A DNA stretch of 64,000 nucleotides from Chrysochromulina tobinii. Lineage: Eukaryota. Below, piece after piece: positions 41,712 through 53,901 of the stretch. The notes under the pieces are model-generated. The model worked only from the letters and a program-made list of their open reading frames with translations, ran no database searches and had not been told where the DNA came from. Position 1 is the stretch's first letter. Each line of letters begins with the position of its first letter. A program made the position numbers and the translations under genes. Location: NCBI GenBank assembly GCA_001275005.1, contig JWZX01002949.1, positions 1-64,000 of the forward strand, given 5' to 3'.

Positions 41712-42326
41712 TTATTCGTCCTCGTCGAGGGCCAGCTCCACGTCATCGCCAAAGCGCTCCCGGAGTCCCTCCCAATACTTAATGGCGCTCTCATCCACCT
41801 CTTCTCCCTCATCGGGGTGGAGGATGGCCGACAGAAGCGGGGCGCGCTCTTCACCGAGGAGGCGAACGATGCGCAGCGTGCGGCCGTCTGGTGTGTCCTT
41901 GGTCGCAAACTGGGCGCTACGCACCTCATTGAGCCGGATGTGGCACTCGAAAGAGTTGTCGTCATTAGAGACCTGCATGAACAGACGTGCCGAGCTTTCG
42001 GTGATCGGGCGGGAGGGCATGCATTTTCAGGGTTCGATACGCCTCCCTGTATATTACGGTCGCTAAGCCCTTCTTGACTCTCGAAGGCCTTCAAACGCGC
42101 CGACCGCCTCTAGGATGGCGCCCTTGCCGCTGACGATGAAGCGGCAAGGTCCGAGAAACTCGAGATCGGAGATGAGATGCTTGACGCCGAGCGCCGCGCG
42201 GACATCTCCGCACGTACGGGTGATCATGCGGCGCGCCGGCTCATGGACAGGCACGCGCGTCAGCTGGAAGGCTGCGGCCGACGAGAGTAGCAGCAATATC
42301 ATTGGAGCCAAGGTCTGGAACCTCAT
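41712..42326 (-). CDS. Plastid-targeted ChuX/HutX-family heme-utilisation/carrier protein (2 exons, donor site unresolved)
   Basis: Leader MRFQTLAPMILLLLSSAAAF (signal peptide plus Phe), then LGPCRFIVSGKGAILEAVG. Exon 2 (41972..41712, after CAG) reads FECHIRLNEV...IVRLL...PLLSAILH...WEGLRERFG, resembling cyanobacterial ChuX/HutX. Confidence 0.65.
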
Positions 42327-42581
42327 CTTCGGTTGCCGAAGTGACGAAATCGACAGTGACGATCCGCGATACGAACGGGTGCTCAACTCCAATTTGCACG
42401 CGAGTCTGTCGGCCCAGAATTCCGGGGCAACTTTTCCGAGCTTCCTAGACTCGACAGTGACTCGACTGTGAACTCGCGCGCTCGCGCGCCGCGCTCACAA
42501 CGCCATTTTGTGCGCCGCCGCCCTCAGTGTGGTGAGGCACCACAGGTTCGTACCGCACCCAGTGTCGTCGGCGGCACAGCG

Positions 42582-44663
42582 ATGGCCTACATTGCCCCGC
42601 AAACGTACCGAATCACCGACCCGATCGAGAATCTGCGGCTCTGCGTCACGGTACGCAAGCGCGCTACTGAGGGTGTGCGGAAGCTCAAGCAGGAGGAGGC
42701 CGAAAAGCCAGAGCGTCGGCTGTCACAAAAGCGGCTGTCGCTCACGCGACGCGCGTCTGGCGCGGGGAAGAGCGATGACGATGATGAAGGGGAGAACGAT
42801 GCGGGGGACGCCGACTCGAAGCTGCTCCACGGCGAGCGCGAGGAGCCGGAGGAGTTGCTGTGTGAGCCGCGCACCTTCCGGTGGCAGGAGAAGGCGTTCA
42901 GCCGCGAGGAGGTGAAGGACATCCGCACAGATCTCGAACCGGGAGGTCGAAAGGGCCTCATCGGCGGCGCTGTCAACATCGCGACCGGGGTGACGCGGGG
43001 AGCCGTCAACGTTGCGACCGGGGTCACGAAGGCAGCGACCTTGGGCATCGTCGACCTGGGTGGGATGTCGACTGGGACGGTGACCAACTACCAGCGCGCG
43101 GAGCTCGAGCGGCTGGACCGCGCCGCGCGCGACGCGGGGAGCGGCCCATATGAGGGCGAGATCATCTACACGCGTGTACACTCGGAGCAGTTCTCAACAG
43201 AGTGGACCTCGCGATTCACCGACTCTGCGGCCGAGGTGCCCACGCCGCTCGCGCGCGCGGTGGATGAGGGCCTTCACCTGCGCGAGCACCGCGATATGAT
43301 GGGCGAGGCGGCGTGCGTGTCGATGCACGTACTCGCGACGCTGCCGATCGACAAGGCCGACGACGGAAGGCGGAGGCTCAACCGTTCGGCGACGCCGTAC
43401 TTGGGCAAGGCTGTGAAGGCCATCGGCAAGGCGACGAATGACCTTCTGCTCGGCACGCAGGCCGAGCGCAGGGAGGAGGAGGTGGTCCTGTGTGAGCTGC
43501 GGCTGTTCCCGCAAGGGCGACTCGACATACGACCTCCGCTCTCGTATGACGTCGACTCGGCACCCGAGGCCGGTAGGCTATGACGAGCTCCTCTAATGAC
43601 CTCTGATTGCATCTGAGTGGCCTCGGATGGCCCTTGATGGTCGCTGAGTGCCCCATCATCAGGTACGCTCGACGAGAGCGCCCCGCGGCTCGCGCGCTGG
43701 TACGGGGTGCCCGGCACGCGTTTCGAGTACCGTATAGAGAACCTCGCCGAGAGCGACGGCGCCGAGGAGCACGAGCAGGCCGCGATCGCAGAGCGCCTCG
43801 CCAAGCTCGGCATGACCACGAGCACGGCGGGCGGCGGCCTCGGCGGAGGCCGGCCCATGGCCGAGCTCGACTTCCCCATGCCTCCGCGAAAGGTCGCCCG
43901 CGTCCACTACTTCCTCACCCTCGACAGCGCGAGCGGCTTCGACGCGGACTCACTGTACGTGGCGTACTATGCTTTGGCGGCGCCTGGCTGGAAGCTGCTG
44001 CCGAACTGCGCCGCCTCGGCGGTCACGCAGACCTCGCACGTGCGCGCGCTCGACCAACGCGCCGTGTTGGGCTTCCCGATCGAGCTTGCGCTCGAATCGG
44101 AGGGGCCTCCCACTGCGGCGCGGCCCCCGCTCTCCCTCTTCTTCTCTGTCGTGTCGCGCGACATGCACGAGCGGATGGCGCAGCTCGGGTACGCGCACAT
44201 CAGCCCGCCGGCGGAGGCCGGCATGCGCACGGTCGAGGTGCAAGCGTGGCGGCTTGCCGAGGAGCGCACCGACGCGCTCCGTCGCTACTTCATCGGCGGC
44301 ACCGAGGAGCTCTCCGACCTGCGCGCGCTCGCGCTGCCCGACGGCTTCGACATCACGTCGCAGCCCCAGTGCCTCAACAAGCACGGGCTGCAGACCGTCA
44401 CCACGGGCATGCTCCACCTGCAGCTGCACACCGTCGTGCAGCAGTACCAGACGCCCAAGCCGGCCGCCAGGGGACGCCCCTTCTCGGCCAAGAGCATGCC
44501 ACAATTCCAGCGCGAGAAGCCCGGCTTTGGCGCGCTCAAGGGCGCCATGATGGTCGGCGCGCTCGCGCGCCAGCCCTCAGCCGTCGATCGCGTCTTAAAG
44601 CGCCTCCAGGAGCGCAAGCGCGCCGAAGGTACAGACGACGACGACGGAGCCGCAGCGCGTTAG
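42582..44663 (+). CDS. MKS1: Meckel syndrome type 1 (B9-domain) transition-zone protein; join(42582..43572,43663..44663)
   Basis: YRITDPIENLRL, WQEKAFS, B9 motifs SASGFDADSLYV, LRRYFIGGTEEL and LNKHGLQTVTTG; phase-1 GT-AG intron 43573..43662. Confidence 0.85.
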
Positions 44664-44882
44664 CAGCGCGTGGCGCGAGATGAGTCCAAAGATGGCCCGG
44701 TCCAATGAACGCTCTCTCGACACTGTCCTGCCCTCCGTTCAGAGAGTGCAGTGTGTTGTACGCTGAAAAAAGATTGTGTGCATGCATTTCGATTGAGGAC
44801 GAAACTGACTTTCTTCCTGGATGCGCTGGCGAACTGGAGTGCGTTTTGAGCAGGTTTGAGTCGGGACCTCATTTACCGGGCG

Positions 44883-45965
44883 ATGTCGGCCATGGACGTC
44901 GAGCCTGTGCTCGAGAAGCTGCGCGCGCATATGAGGTCGCGGGGAGTGGAGGGCATCCGCGGGCTCGGCCGGCACTTCAAGATGGTCGATCGTGGAGGCA
45001 GCGGTAGCGTCAACGCCGATGAATTTGTGTACGCGTGCCGAATCAACAATCTGGGTCTTTCGCCCGCGGAGGTACGCTTGCTGATGCAAGCCTTCGACCT
45101 GCATGACAACGGGCAGGTCAACTACCAGGAATTTTTGCGCGGCGTCCGCGGGCGGCTCACGCAGCAGCGCAAGAAGCTCGTCCGCATGGTCTTCGACGCG
45201 CTCGATGCCATCGGGGGCCACAACGGCTACCTGATGATGGACGATCTCAAGCCCGTCTACAGCGTCACCAACCACCCGCTGGTCAAGGCGGGCAAGATGA
45301 CCAAGGACGGGGCGTTGCAAGAGATGATCAACGGCTTCGAGGGCTTGAAGGAGGCACCACATGACGGCAAGGTGTCCCTCGAGGAGTGGGTCAGATATTA
45401 TGAAGAAGTTTCTGCCTCGATCGACCACGACGACTACTTTGGCAATATGCTCGCCGGCACGTGGGCGCACCTCAAGAAGAAGAGGGCAGACGGCACGACC
45501 GCGCCCGTCCTCAAGTTCACGTCCTCGGCCGAGGTCGAAGCCTTCGAGAAGATCCTGATCAACGCGATGTATGCGAAGGTGACCTCCGACGTGCAGCTCA
45601 AGATCCAGGTAGAGAAGCAGTTTGCGAACATCGACAAGAACAAGAGCGGGACCGTCTCGATGGACGAGTTCATGCTCGGCCTCGAGAAGTTTGGCATGCA
45701 CGTGGAGGGTCGGCGCCCGGGCCCCGGTGGCAGTCGGTTGAGCTTGGTCCAGGGGCTCTTCGACAAGTATGACGTGGACGCGAGCGGCGCCCTCAACTAC
45801 CACGACTTTGTCGAGGCGATGCTGAGCAAGTATGAGCCACCCTTAAAGCCGCATGTCGATCCCGGCATGCCCTCGGGCGGCAGGTCACGCAAGGGCGCCA
45901 TGTACCCGGGCACCGAGTACCTGGCGAGGTCGAACGGAGTCTTCCGCGAACTCGGCCAATCGTAG
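44883..45965 (+). CDS. Calcyphosin-like EF-hand protein with an extra C-terminal EF-hand pair
   Basis: RGVEGIRGLGRHFKMVD, EFLRGVRG, HPLVKAGKMT and YYEEVSASIDHDDYF are calcyphosin motifs; further loops DKNKSGTVSMDE and DVDASGALNYHD. Confidence 0.85.
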   Translation: MSAMDVEPVLEKLRAHMRSRGVEGIRGLGRHFKMVDRGGSGSVNADEFVYACRINNLGLSPAEVRLLMQAFDLHDNGQVNYQEFLRGVRGRLTQQRKKLVRMVFDALDAIGGHNGYLMMDDLKPVYSVTNHPLVKAGKMTKDGALQEMINGFEGLKEAPHDGKVSLEEWVRYYEEVSASIDHDDYFGNMLAGTWAHLKKKRADGTTAPVLKFTSSAEVEAFEKILINAMYAKVTSDVQLKIQVEKQFANIDKNKSGTVSMDEFMLGLEKFGMHVEGRRPGPGGSRLSLVQGLFDKYDVDASGALNYHDFVEAMLSKYEPPLKPHVDPGMPSGGRSRKGAMYPGTEYLARSNGVFRELGQS

Positions 45966-46350
45966 GCCGTGAGGCGCAGTGAGAGGGTTGAGCCGTCGAG
46001 GCGATGTGCATGGCCATGCAAAGACCATGCAAAGACCATGCCAGGCCCTGGGTTTTGCCGGCTGGCCGCCGAGCATAGCAGCATCGGATCTGAGTCCCGG
46101 TCAGTGTAAATGCGGCTTCGGTGTGTATCCATTCGCGTGTTGGACAGTAACGACCACGGTAAGTGTTCACATACCGAACGCGTGGGTCGCGCGTGTTGTC
46201 AATGTCGTTTGTAACGGGGGCGTGAGAACAGAGATCTATGAGGATTAACTAAAGTCAGCGATATATCCACTTACGCAAGATCACTTAATCTTAAATAGTC
46301 ACTTATGTCTTATCTCTGGTCTTATGCGGTTACGTGCCAGGATCACACGT

Positions 46351-47732
46351 TCACAGAGGCTCACACGGCTCACACGCCTCGGCAGCACCGGCGGCAGCCG
46401 CGTGTTCGCCGCCCGCGGTGCCTTGATGGCCAGCTGCGGCTCCGCTGCTACTTGGAGCCGCATCCGCATCCAGACCGAACGCCGCAACCCACAGCGGTAC
46501 GACGCCACTGTCGAGCCAGAGCACCAAGTCCGGTGGGCGCACTCCTTCCAGATCCGTGCTCTCGAGCACGATACCGCTGCGCAAGGGGTCGCGAAAGAAG
46601 CCACAGATATCCTCATCCGAGTAGCGCAGGCTGAAGTGGATCAGCACCCACGTGGTCGGCCTGTCGGCGGCGCGCTGCGCGAGGGCGTGCGGCCGCAGCC
46701 CGTGCCACGTGATGTGCCCGCGGCGCTCGGCTTCGGCCGATAGGGACTGCTCGAGATAGGTGCACTCGATCATGATGGTTGAACAGCGTAGGATAGGCCC
46801 ATCGATGGCGCGGTCATGCGCGAGCGCCTGGATCGCGTCGTGTCGGTAACAGATATCATCAGAGGTCATCAGAGGTCATCATAGGTCGTCGGTGGCGATC
46901 AGGCGCACTCATCTGGATCGTCGAAACGGTTACAAAGGCGAGCACAGGTTATCAGAGGCCATCCGTGGCCATCAGTGTGGCCAGCAGGCGCAAACACCTG
47001 GATCGTCGTATCGGTTACAAAGGCGAGCAAGAGCCTCGCCTCCTGCTGAACCTCCTCGTACACCGGCTCGCCGCGCGCCTGTGCCGCCTTGACGTTGGCG
47101 GCGGTGACGCGCTTGTCGGTACCGATGAGCTCGCGACGAAATTTGTGTGTCGACCGCGCCGGCTCGCCGAGTACATATCCAATCGCCGTCGAGCGGTGCC
47201 AAAGTTGGGTCGTGTGCACTTCGAGAGTGGTGGCCGCCTTCTTGCCGACCGCGACTTGCAGCTTCATCCCGCCCTCGACGGGCCGCCAGGTTTGAAGTCC
47301 CTGCTGGAGCATCGATCCTGGACTCGCGTGCGCGTCCTCATCTGGCGGCGGCGCGTACTCCGCTGGAAGCTCCTCATCAGCGTCAACTTTACATGCCCAA
47401 GAGAGTTGGCAGAATTCGCGAAGGCGGTGCACAATCGGTGCAGGCGCCATGATGTGGATGGGCGGTGCGCCATCGCCATAGTGCCTCAGCAGAGCTGGCA
47501 ACGCGTTCATGTGATCTATGTGGCCATGACTGACCAGGATGGCTCGAACTCCGTTTCCAACAAGACTCGATTGCAGAGGGAGGTCGACGCCCGCGTCCAG
47601 CACCACCCCTATTTCGGGGAGGAAGAATCCGGTGCGTTCCATCGCACGACTATGGCCCGCAAGGGTCCATTCGGTGTGTGGCACTCGCCAACGGTGCTTG
47701 AAGTACTCGTGCTGCGGAAGCGTGCGCGACAT
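46351..47732 (-). CDS. Short-form (TM-type-like) RNase Z / metallo-beta-lactamase; complement(join(46351..46827,46998..47732))
   Basis: GHSRAMERT, LDAG, SHGHIDH, AFVTDTT, IECTY, GHITW and LIHFSLRY; phase-0 intron 46828..46997. Confidence 0.8.
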
Positions 47733-48283
47733 TTAGACTGAGTGTAGAGAGGTCGAGCGCAATTCGCGAAGTGAAGAGCTTGCCTTTTGCAATCAGCAAA
47801 AAAGCGCCGTCTATTTGAGGCAACTTCTGGCACCCCTTTTCAGGTTGGATACAGCAAAAACCCCAAACGCAAACGAGCCTTGCGGCAAATCGAGTAAGAG
47901 TCGTTCGACTCCCTCGGAAAAAACCAACCTGTTTTGATTCATTACACGTTTTTAGTTCCCGTCCGGTATCGATCAAGTACCGGTACCGGTCGAGTATTGT
48001 ACGCCGCCGTAATACTCGGACCGCACTGAGAAGTTGAACTCACAGAGGGTATACAGAGGGCCGGGCTCGGACGTCCGCGGTTTGAATGTCGGTGGAGATG
48101 TTTGCGACGTGGTGGGTCAGGAAACTTTGGGTGTCGGTGTGATTTTTCGGAGTTTTTATCGAAGACTTTGTACTGTACAGTACTGTGTTAGAAGTCAAGA
48201 CACACATTCACATTCACACACACACACATTCACACCACTGTGGAGCTTCTTTCCTGAGCGTGCTTGCTTGCTGCAAGAGGGAC

Positions 48284-50583
48284 ATGCTCGCGTCCGTCCT
48301 CCTTCGCTTCATTCTCCTCCTCCCCACATGCGCTCTTGTGGGCGCGATGGTCGCGCGCAAATTCGTGGAGCTTCCGCCAGCGAAGGGCATGATGCTCGCC
48401 AAGACGTGGCAGGCCTTATTGAAGGACGCTGATGCGTTCACAATCGTGCCCGATGGTAAGTCGGGCAAGAAGCTGAAGGCCGTGCCCATCCAAGGCGACG
48501 AAGTCGCCCGACGAAAGCTCTGCCGGCAACAGCTGCAACTGCTCCAGGAAGCGACGCAGGAGATGGTGGCCGCTGACCTCTCCGACTACCCGCGGGCTAA
48601 GCGGCAACTCATCGAGACGCTCAGACTCGGCGGCGCTCCGCGAGGCGCGAACACCAAGTGTTTCGTCTCGCTCCCAGTAAATGGGAGTGGAGCGACCACC
48701 CTCTCGCTGGTGGAGACGCTCGACGCGCACTGGTCAGTCCTCGCCTTGTGCGTGCGGCCCGACGAGAAGCAGCTGCCTGGCATCGTCGAGGCAGAGGCTG
48801 CGACGCTGGATGCACTTCGCGGGCTCTGCACGAGCGAGGGCGCTGCACTAAGCGTGCTCTCCGACGCCGCTGCCTCGTTTGCGGCGAGCTGGGAGCGCCT
48901 TGCCCTCACCGCGTCCGCACCGGATGGCATTCAAAGCATGTGGCTGCGCTGCGCGTCTCCCTCGGAAGCTGGTGGAGCTTCACAGCTGGTCGAAGACGAC
49001 CCCGCGGCGGCACTGTTTGAGTGGGCATCACGAGGTGGCGCGTACGTCAGCGAGGCACTTCGCCTCTCCGTAGAGAGCGCCAAGCGGCCGCGTGGCCTCG
49101 TGATTTCGGCGACTGACGTACCTGCAGGTACCTTTTCTCTGAGTGCACTGAGGGACATGAATGGAATCCCTGAACTGACTCGAGTGACTGCATGAACTGG
49201 ACTGACTGGACTGTCGTGCCTGCAGGCACCGTGCTTCTGACGCTGCCTGGTGCACTGCAGCTCGGTGTGGGCTCGGCATCTAAGGGCAGCGAAAGCGACG
49301 GCACCGCGAGCGGCGAAGCTGGACGAAGTATTCTAAGCGTGCTACTCGATGCCACGCCTGTCGCCATGAGAAGCCTGCGGCTCGGCATTTCCCTCTGGTC
49401 CGAGATCAAGCGTGGCGCAGCATCACCCTTCGCTCCGTACCTCGACCTTCTGCCTGAGACCCTCAGCTGTTGCCTTGCGCCCGGTTACACTGCCGAGGCC
49501 TCCGAGGCGCTCAGAGCCTGGCCACCGACGGCGGCGCGTGTAACGGCCATGCGTGCGGCACTGCGTGCGCAGCATGCTACACTCCGGCGTGCCGCCGCCG
49601 TGGCGTCGGTCGAGGCACCGACACTCGACGAGCTCGGCTGGGCCTCGGCGATCGCCGGCTCGAGAGCATACCGCGTGCGCGGCTCTCGAGGACAGGCGGG
49701 CGACTCGGCGTGTTTGCTCCCGATCATCGATTTGGCCAACTACGCTCCATCGGTGCAGGCAAACGCCGAGCTGCGCAATGCTCCTACCGGAGAGGCGTTG
49801 GGCGCGAGCGCCGACCCTCTTGCTGTGTCGCTCTACGCAAGCCGCGATCTGCAAGCGGGCACCGAAGTGCTCATCGACTACGGGAGCGGCACTCCGCTGA
49901 CCAATGAGCGTCTGCTGCTTGAGTATGGCTTTGTGCTGCCGCCAGATCGTGGCAGTTTGGATTCTCTCGAGCTACCATTTGGGGCCATCGCCATCGGCAT
50001 GCAGGCCATTGCAGGCGCGGAGGGCGAAGCATCTGCGGTGGGCGCAGCCGACGGCGGCGCTGGTGTCGCCGAGGCGACCACTTCAGAGGGAGATCAGGGA
50101 GATCAGGGAGATCATGGAGATCATGGAGATCAGGGAGATCAGGGAGATCAGGGAGATCAGGGAGATCATCGCATACTCCTCCTGCGTCAGCAACAGCTGC
50201 TGGCCGATTTGGGCGACATTGAGCGTGCGGGTCTCGTCTTCGCAGCTGATGGCGCCCCCAACGAGGCCACTCATGCTCTCGCGCTCATCCTCGCAGCTCG
50301 GCGCTCCGGCGAACTCCCCCCCGGTCTCTCCGCGAGCGATCTCGTCGCCAGCGCTAGGGCAGGGACGGCGCCGAACGCGGCTGCGGCTGGTGAGCTCGCG
50401 CTGCGGGCGCGGCGCGCTTTGCATGCGGTCGTGCGCGTGGCGCTCGAAGAGCTCCTGGCAGGCACAGCGGGCGATCCTCAAGCCGAGGTGGGGGCGGTGG
50501 GCTTTGAAGCGGCCGCCCGCGACTTTTGCGAGACGCGACGGATAATCCTCGAGCGGGCATGCGAGAGGCTCTCCTCAGCTTAG
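48284..50583 (+). CDS. SET-domain (Rubisco LSMT/SETD3-like) methyltransferase with N-terminal leader and extra domain; join(48284..49127,49226..50583)
   Basis: RPRGLV..TDVPAG|TVLL, SPFAPYLDLLP, WASAIAGSRAY, LLPIIDLANY, GTEVLIDYG and NERLLLEYGF; phase-1 intron 49128..49225; hydrophobic N-terminal leader. Confidence 0.75.
50089..50169 (+). repeat. (GGAGATCAG/T)x9 coding tandem repeat (GDQ/GDH)n
   Basis: Directly visible 9-nt tandem repeat, in frame. Confidence 0.9.
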
Positions 50584-51123
50584 GAGAGCCGAAAGTCGAA
50601 TGTGACCGCGCCGAGCGCCACGTTAGCATTACGATGAGGTTCTCGAACGCCTAACGACGTTACGAAGTTATAACAGTATAAAACAGAACGCACCGTTCAG
50701 CTCGCTCAAAAGCGCCACCCGGTCAATACGCGGTCGAAAATTGTACCCCGCGGCACCAAACCGGGCGACACAACACGACCTGCACACCACAAGAAAGATA
50801 GTGCGCCACATGCACACCCCCAGCCCCACGACAACCACACTCATTAGTTGCATCCTCAGACCCGGAACCGCGCGGTGGCAGTGCAGCATCGGCTTGTTCA
50901 GATCTCATCTCGCCACAGAACGGTTTCCTCACCGCAACCACGCTCATTTGCATCCTCAGACGACGGTGGCAGTGCAGCATTGGCCTGGAATCGGCCTATT
51001 CAGGGCACCTCGCCAGAACATGTACGTTGCCCCAGGAGCTCAAGAACCTCTCACGGTTTCCCTTTGTGAACCTTCCTCTGCACCACCTTCCTCTGTGCAC
51101 CTTCCTCTTCTCCTCTGCTCGTA

Positions 51124-51197
51124 ACGATGGCGATGAGACGAACCCACATAACGATGGCGATGAGACGAACCCACATAGCGATGGCGGTGAGACGAAT
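51124..51197 (+). repeat. 27-nt tandem repeat (about 2.7 copies) downstream of the DUF1538 gene
   Basis: AACGATGGCGATGAGACGAACCCACAT twice, plus a diverged partial third copy. Confidence 0.8.
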
Positions 51198-51268
51198 GCG
51201 ACTCGCATTCGGAGCTCGCATGCTTCGTCGCGCGGCCACAATTGAAGCCCCTTTCCGTTCAAGAGTCT

Positions 51269-53681
51269 TCAATGCATCTCCAGCTCGCGCGCGTGTTTCT
51301 CTTTCTCGCGCGCCTGTCTGCCGCGCAAAACCGCCTGCACCTTGATCGCCGCGGTCTGTTCACGTGTTCTGTTCAAGAGGTCCATCGCGAGGACGGAGCA
51401 GATCGGGAAGACGGATGCGCACGCCAGGATGCCGAAGCCTTCTGAGGCGGAGGAGGCCAGGGAGCAGCCGACGCCGATGTAGAGGACGAACGGCACGGTA
51501 ACGGGGCCCGTGGTGACACCGGCAGAGTCCCATGCGATGCATCGCAAATCTTCCGTGGAGGCCGCTGAGAGGGAGAGGGCGATGAAGTACATAATCAGGA
51601 GGATGATGATGAGGGGCACGCCGAAGAGGATCTTGGAGACCCCCACGCCCATGCCGATCGCCACGCCGAACGAGACTGCATAGACGAGCATATTCTTCGA
51701 GAAGCTGCCCTTGGACAGGTGCTGTACAATCCCACCGAGTACGTTGAGGCCCGGCTCGGCGCGTGTCGCAAGGAAACCCAGGAGGAAGAGGACGAGGAAG
51801 GCGATGAAAATGCCCGACGTGCGCGGGAAGTACGGGCTCTCTGAGCAATAGTCCGGCTTCTTGCATGTGGGGTCGTCGGCGTGGTGGTGCGGGGATCGTG
51901 TGCAGTACTCCGGCAGCAGTGCCGTATCGCACAGCTCGGGGTTCTCGGAAAGGTCCATGTAGGACGCAGGGATCAGGCTGCCCACATTGCCGCCGAGAGA
52001 GGAGAACCCAAGCGTCAGGCCCACATTGAACAAGAACATGCCCACGATGCCCTCGAACATGCCGGCAATCATCACGACATTGGAGCCGAAGCCGGTTTCG
52101 TCACCAACATGGGCAGGAGCCGACTGCCCGACTGTAGAGCCGGCCAGTCCATGATGCCTCATCATCATGACAGTGATGGGGATGTAGGTCTTCAGCGAGG
52201 TCTTTTGTCTCTTCAGTTTCCTACTGTCCTCCGAGGGCTGGGGGGATGGGGGGGAGATGCAAGGGAGATGTAAGGGAGATGCAAGGGAGATGCAAAGGAG
52301 ATGTAAGGGAGATGCAAGGGAGATGCAAGGGAGATGCGTCAGAGTGGTGAGAGAGATGCAAAGGAGATGCGGGAGGAGATGGGCGCGAGCGTGTACCTTG
52401 GTACTCTTCACAAAGAACGTGAAATAGGGGAGCGGCTTGCCCAGCACGACCTTGACGAGGAACAGGAGGATGAGGAAGAGGGGAGCGACGGCACGCGTGG
52501 CGCCGTAGATCTGCGAGGGAGATGCAGGGAGATGCCAGGGGGTATGAGGAGGAGAGGAAGGAGGAGAGCGAGGCGCGCGTGCCCTGGTAGAGAGTTGCGC
52601 GCCCGGGATCGTGCTCCAACATGTGCGCTCAGGCTCGAGATGTAGCGGAGATTCGCACCTGTGCCCCCGGAGTCACATCAAAGAACCCGAGCTCCGGCTC
52701 AATGTACTCGACTCCACAACCGCGGGCCGCGATAGGGCTCATCTGGCAACGGGCGGCCTTGCCTCGGGTGATGATGTCGTCCTCGTCTTGCGTGAAGGAG
52801 AGGTAGGTGCCGTAGCACTGCACCATCATGATAGGGAAGATCGAGGCGAGGGTGACAATGCCAAAGCCCTCGAGCGCATTCTCCTTCTTCTCAGCGGGTG
52901 CATCCGAAGAGAGCGCGGCCTCGGCCGCCTTCTGAGCGTTGACAGTCTTCATGACGCCGATGCCGAGGGCAAGGAGCACTGGGACGGTCACGGGGCCCGT
53001 CGTGACGCCGCCACAGTCCCACGCGAACCCGAGCACCGGCCGCAGCCGAGGGTCTCCCCACCACATGTAGCACGAAAGGCCCATGGTCGGCAGCAACGTC
53101 GAAAAGATGAGCGGGAGCAGCGGCCAGTCCTTGACGAAACGCAGAGTGCCCAGAATGGCGGCCAACCCGACGCCGATGCCCACCATCAGCACGGTCGTCT
53201 GCGTGTTCTCCTTGAGCGCGCAGTAGAGGTAAGCTGCCCTCTCCGGGTCGACTTTGTTCGCGAGCGGCGCGAGGGACGCGATCGCTGGCTCAGCGTACGT
53301 GACCGTGACGCCCAGAATGAACGCCACGAGGAGGATCGCCGGCAACGGCAGCACCTGGGGCAGCTCGACGCCCAGCTGGTCACTCAGTGGCATGATGGTG
53401 ACACGCAGGGCGTCGACGAAGAAGACGAGGCCGACGACCGCGCAGCTCAAGCCGAAGATCATTTCGGTGCTGGGAGGCATACCCTCCTGGAAAAAAACGT
53501 ACATCCACGCCATGAGCAGGATGGTGATCGGTAGGATGGCCATGAGTTGCTCCTTGGCCAGTTCGTAGTAGTGGCAACTCAGATCCACATCCTGGTCCTT
53601 CCATTCGCACGTAGAGGAGAGGAAGGATCGGAGACTCTCGGAGCTGCCCATCGCAGCCAGCCCCTCCAAGAAGATCGACAT
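51269..53681 (-). CDS. Tandem DUF1538 membrane protein with C-terminal IQ motif; complement(join(51269..52237,52397..52510,52659..53681))
   Basis: Two copies of AEP...AWD(C/S)(G/A)GVTTGPVTVP...EGFGI...AS(I/V)FPI; phase-0 introns 52238..52396 and 52511..52658; AAIKVQAVLRGRQARE at the C-terminus. Confidence 0.8.
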
Positions 53682-53901
53682 CCCGATCCCTCAACGGATG
53701 CTGCAGCCGTCAACTGATGCTGCAGGCCAGCTCGACGAGCGCGCAGATGTGAGAGCGCTTGCGACGCCGTCCAAAATGCGTCGGCCAAAAAATCTGTAAA
53801 ATGTTCTGCTAATTGGCCAAATGTTCATTCTTTTGACGAGCCCCATGACACGCCCCCCGCGCCTCTCACGTGTCCAGTCGTCGCGTGCTACCGTCAGCCC
53901 G

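Noticed and set aside
20872..45965. Apparent cluster of cilium/centriole genes (LRR-MTBD, POC5, MKS1, calcyphosin) around the rhodopsin kinase as a phototaxis locus
   Set aside because: Interspersed with unrelated genes; such genes are common in flagellates, so proximity alone is not evidence.
50089..51197. Short tandem repeats as a possible CRISPR array
   Set aside because: No unique spacers, no cas genes, eukaryotic context.
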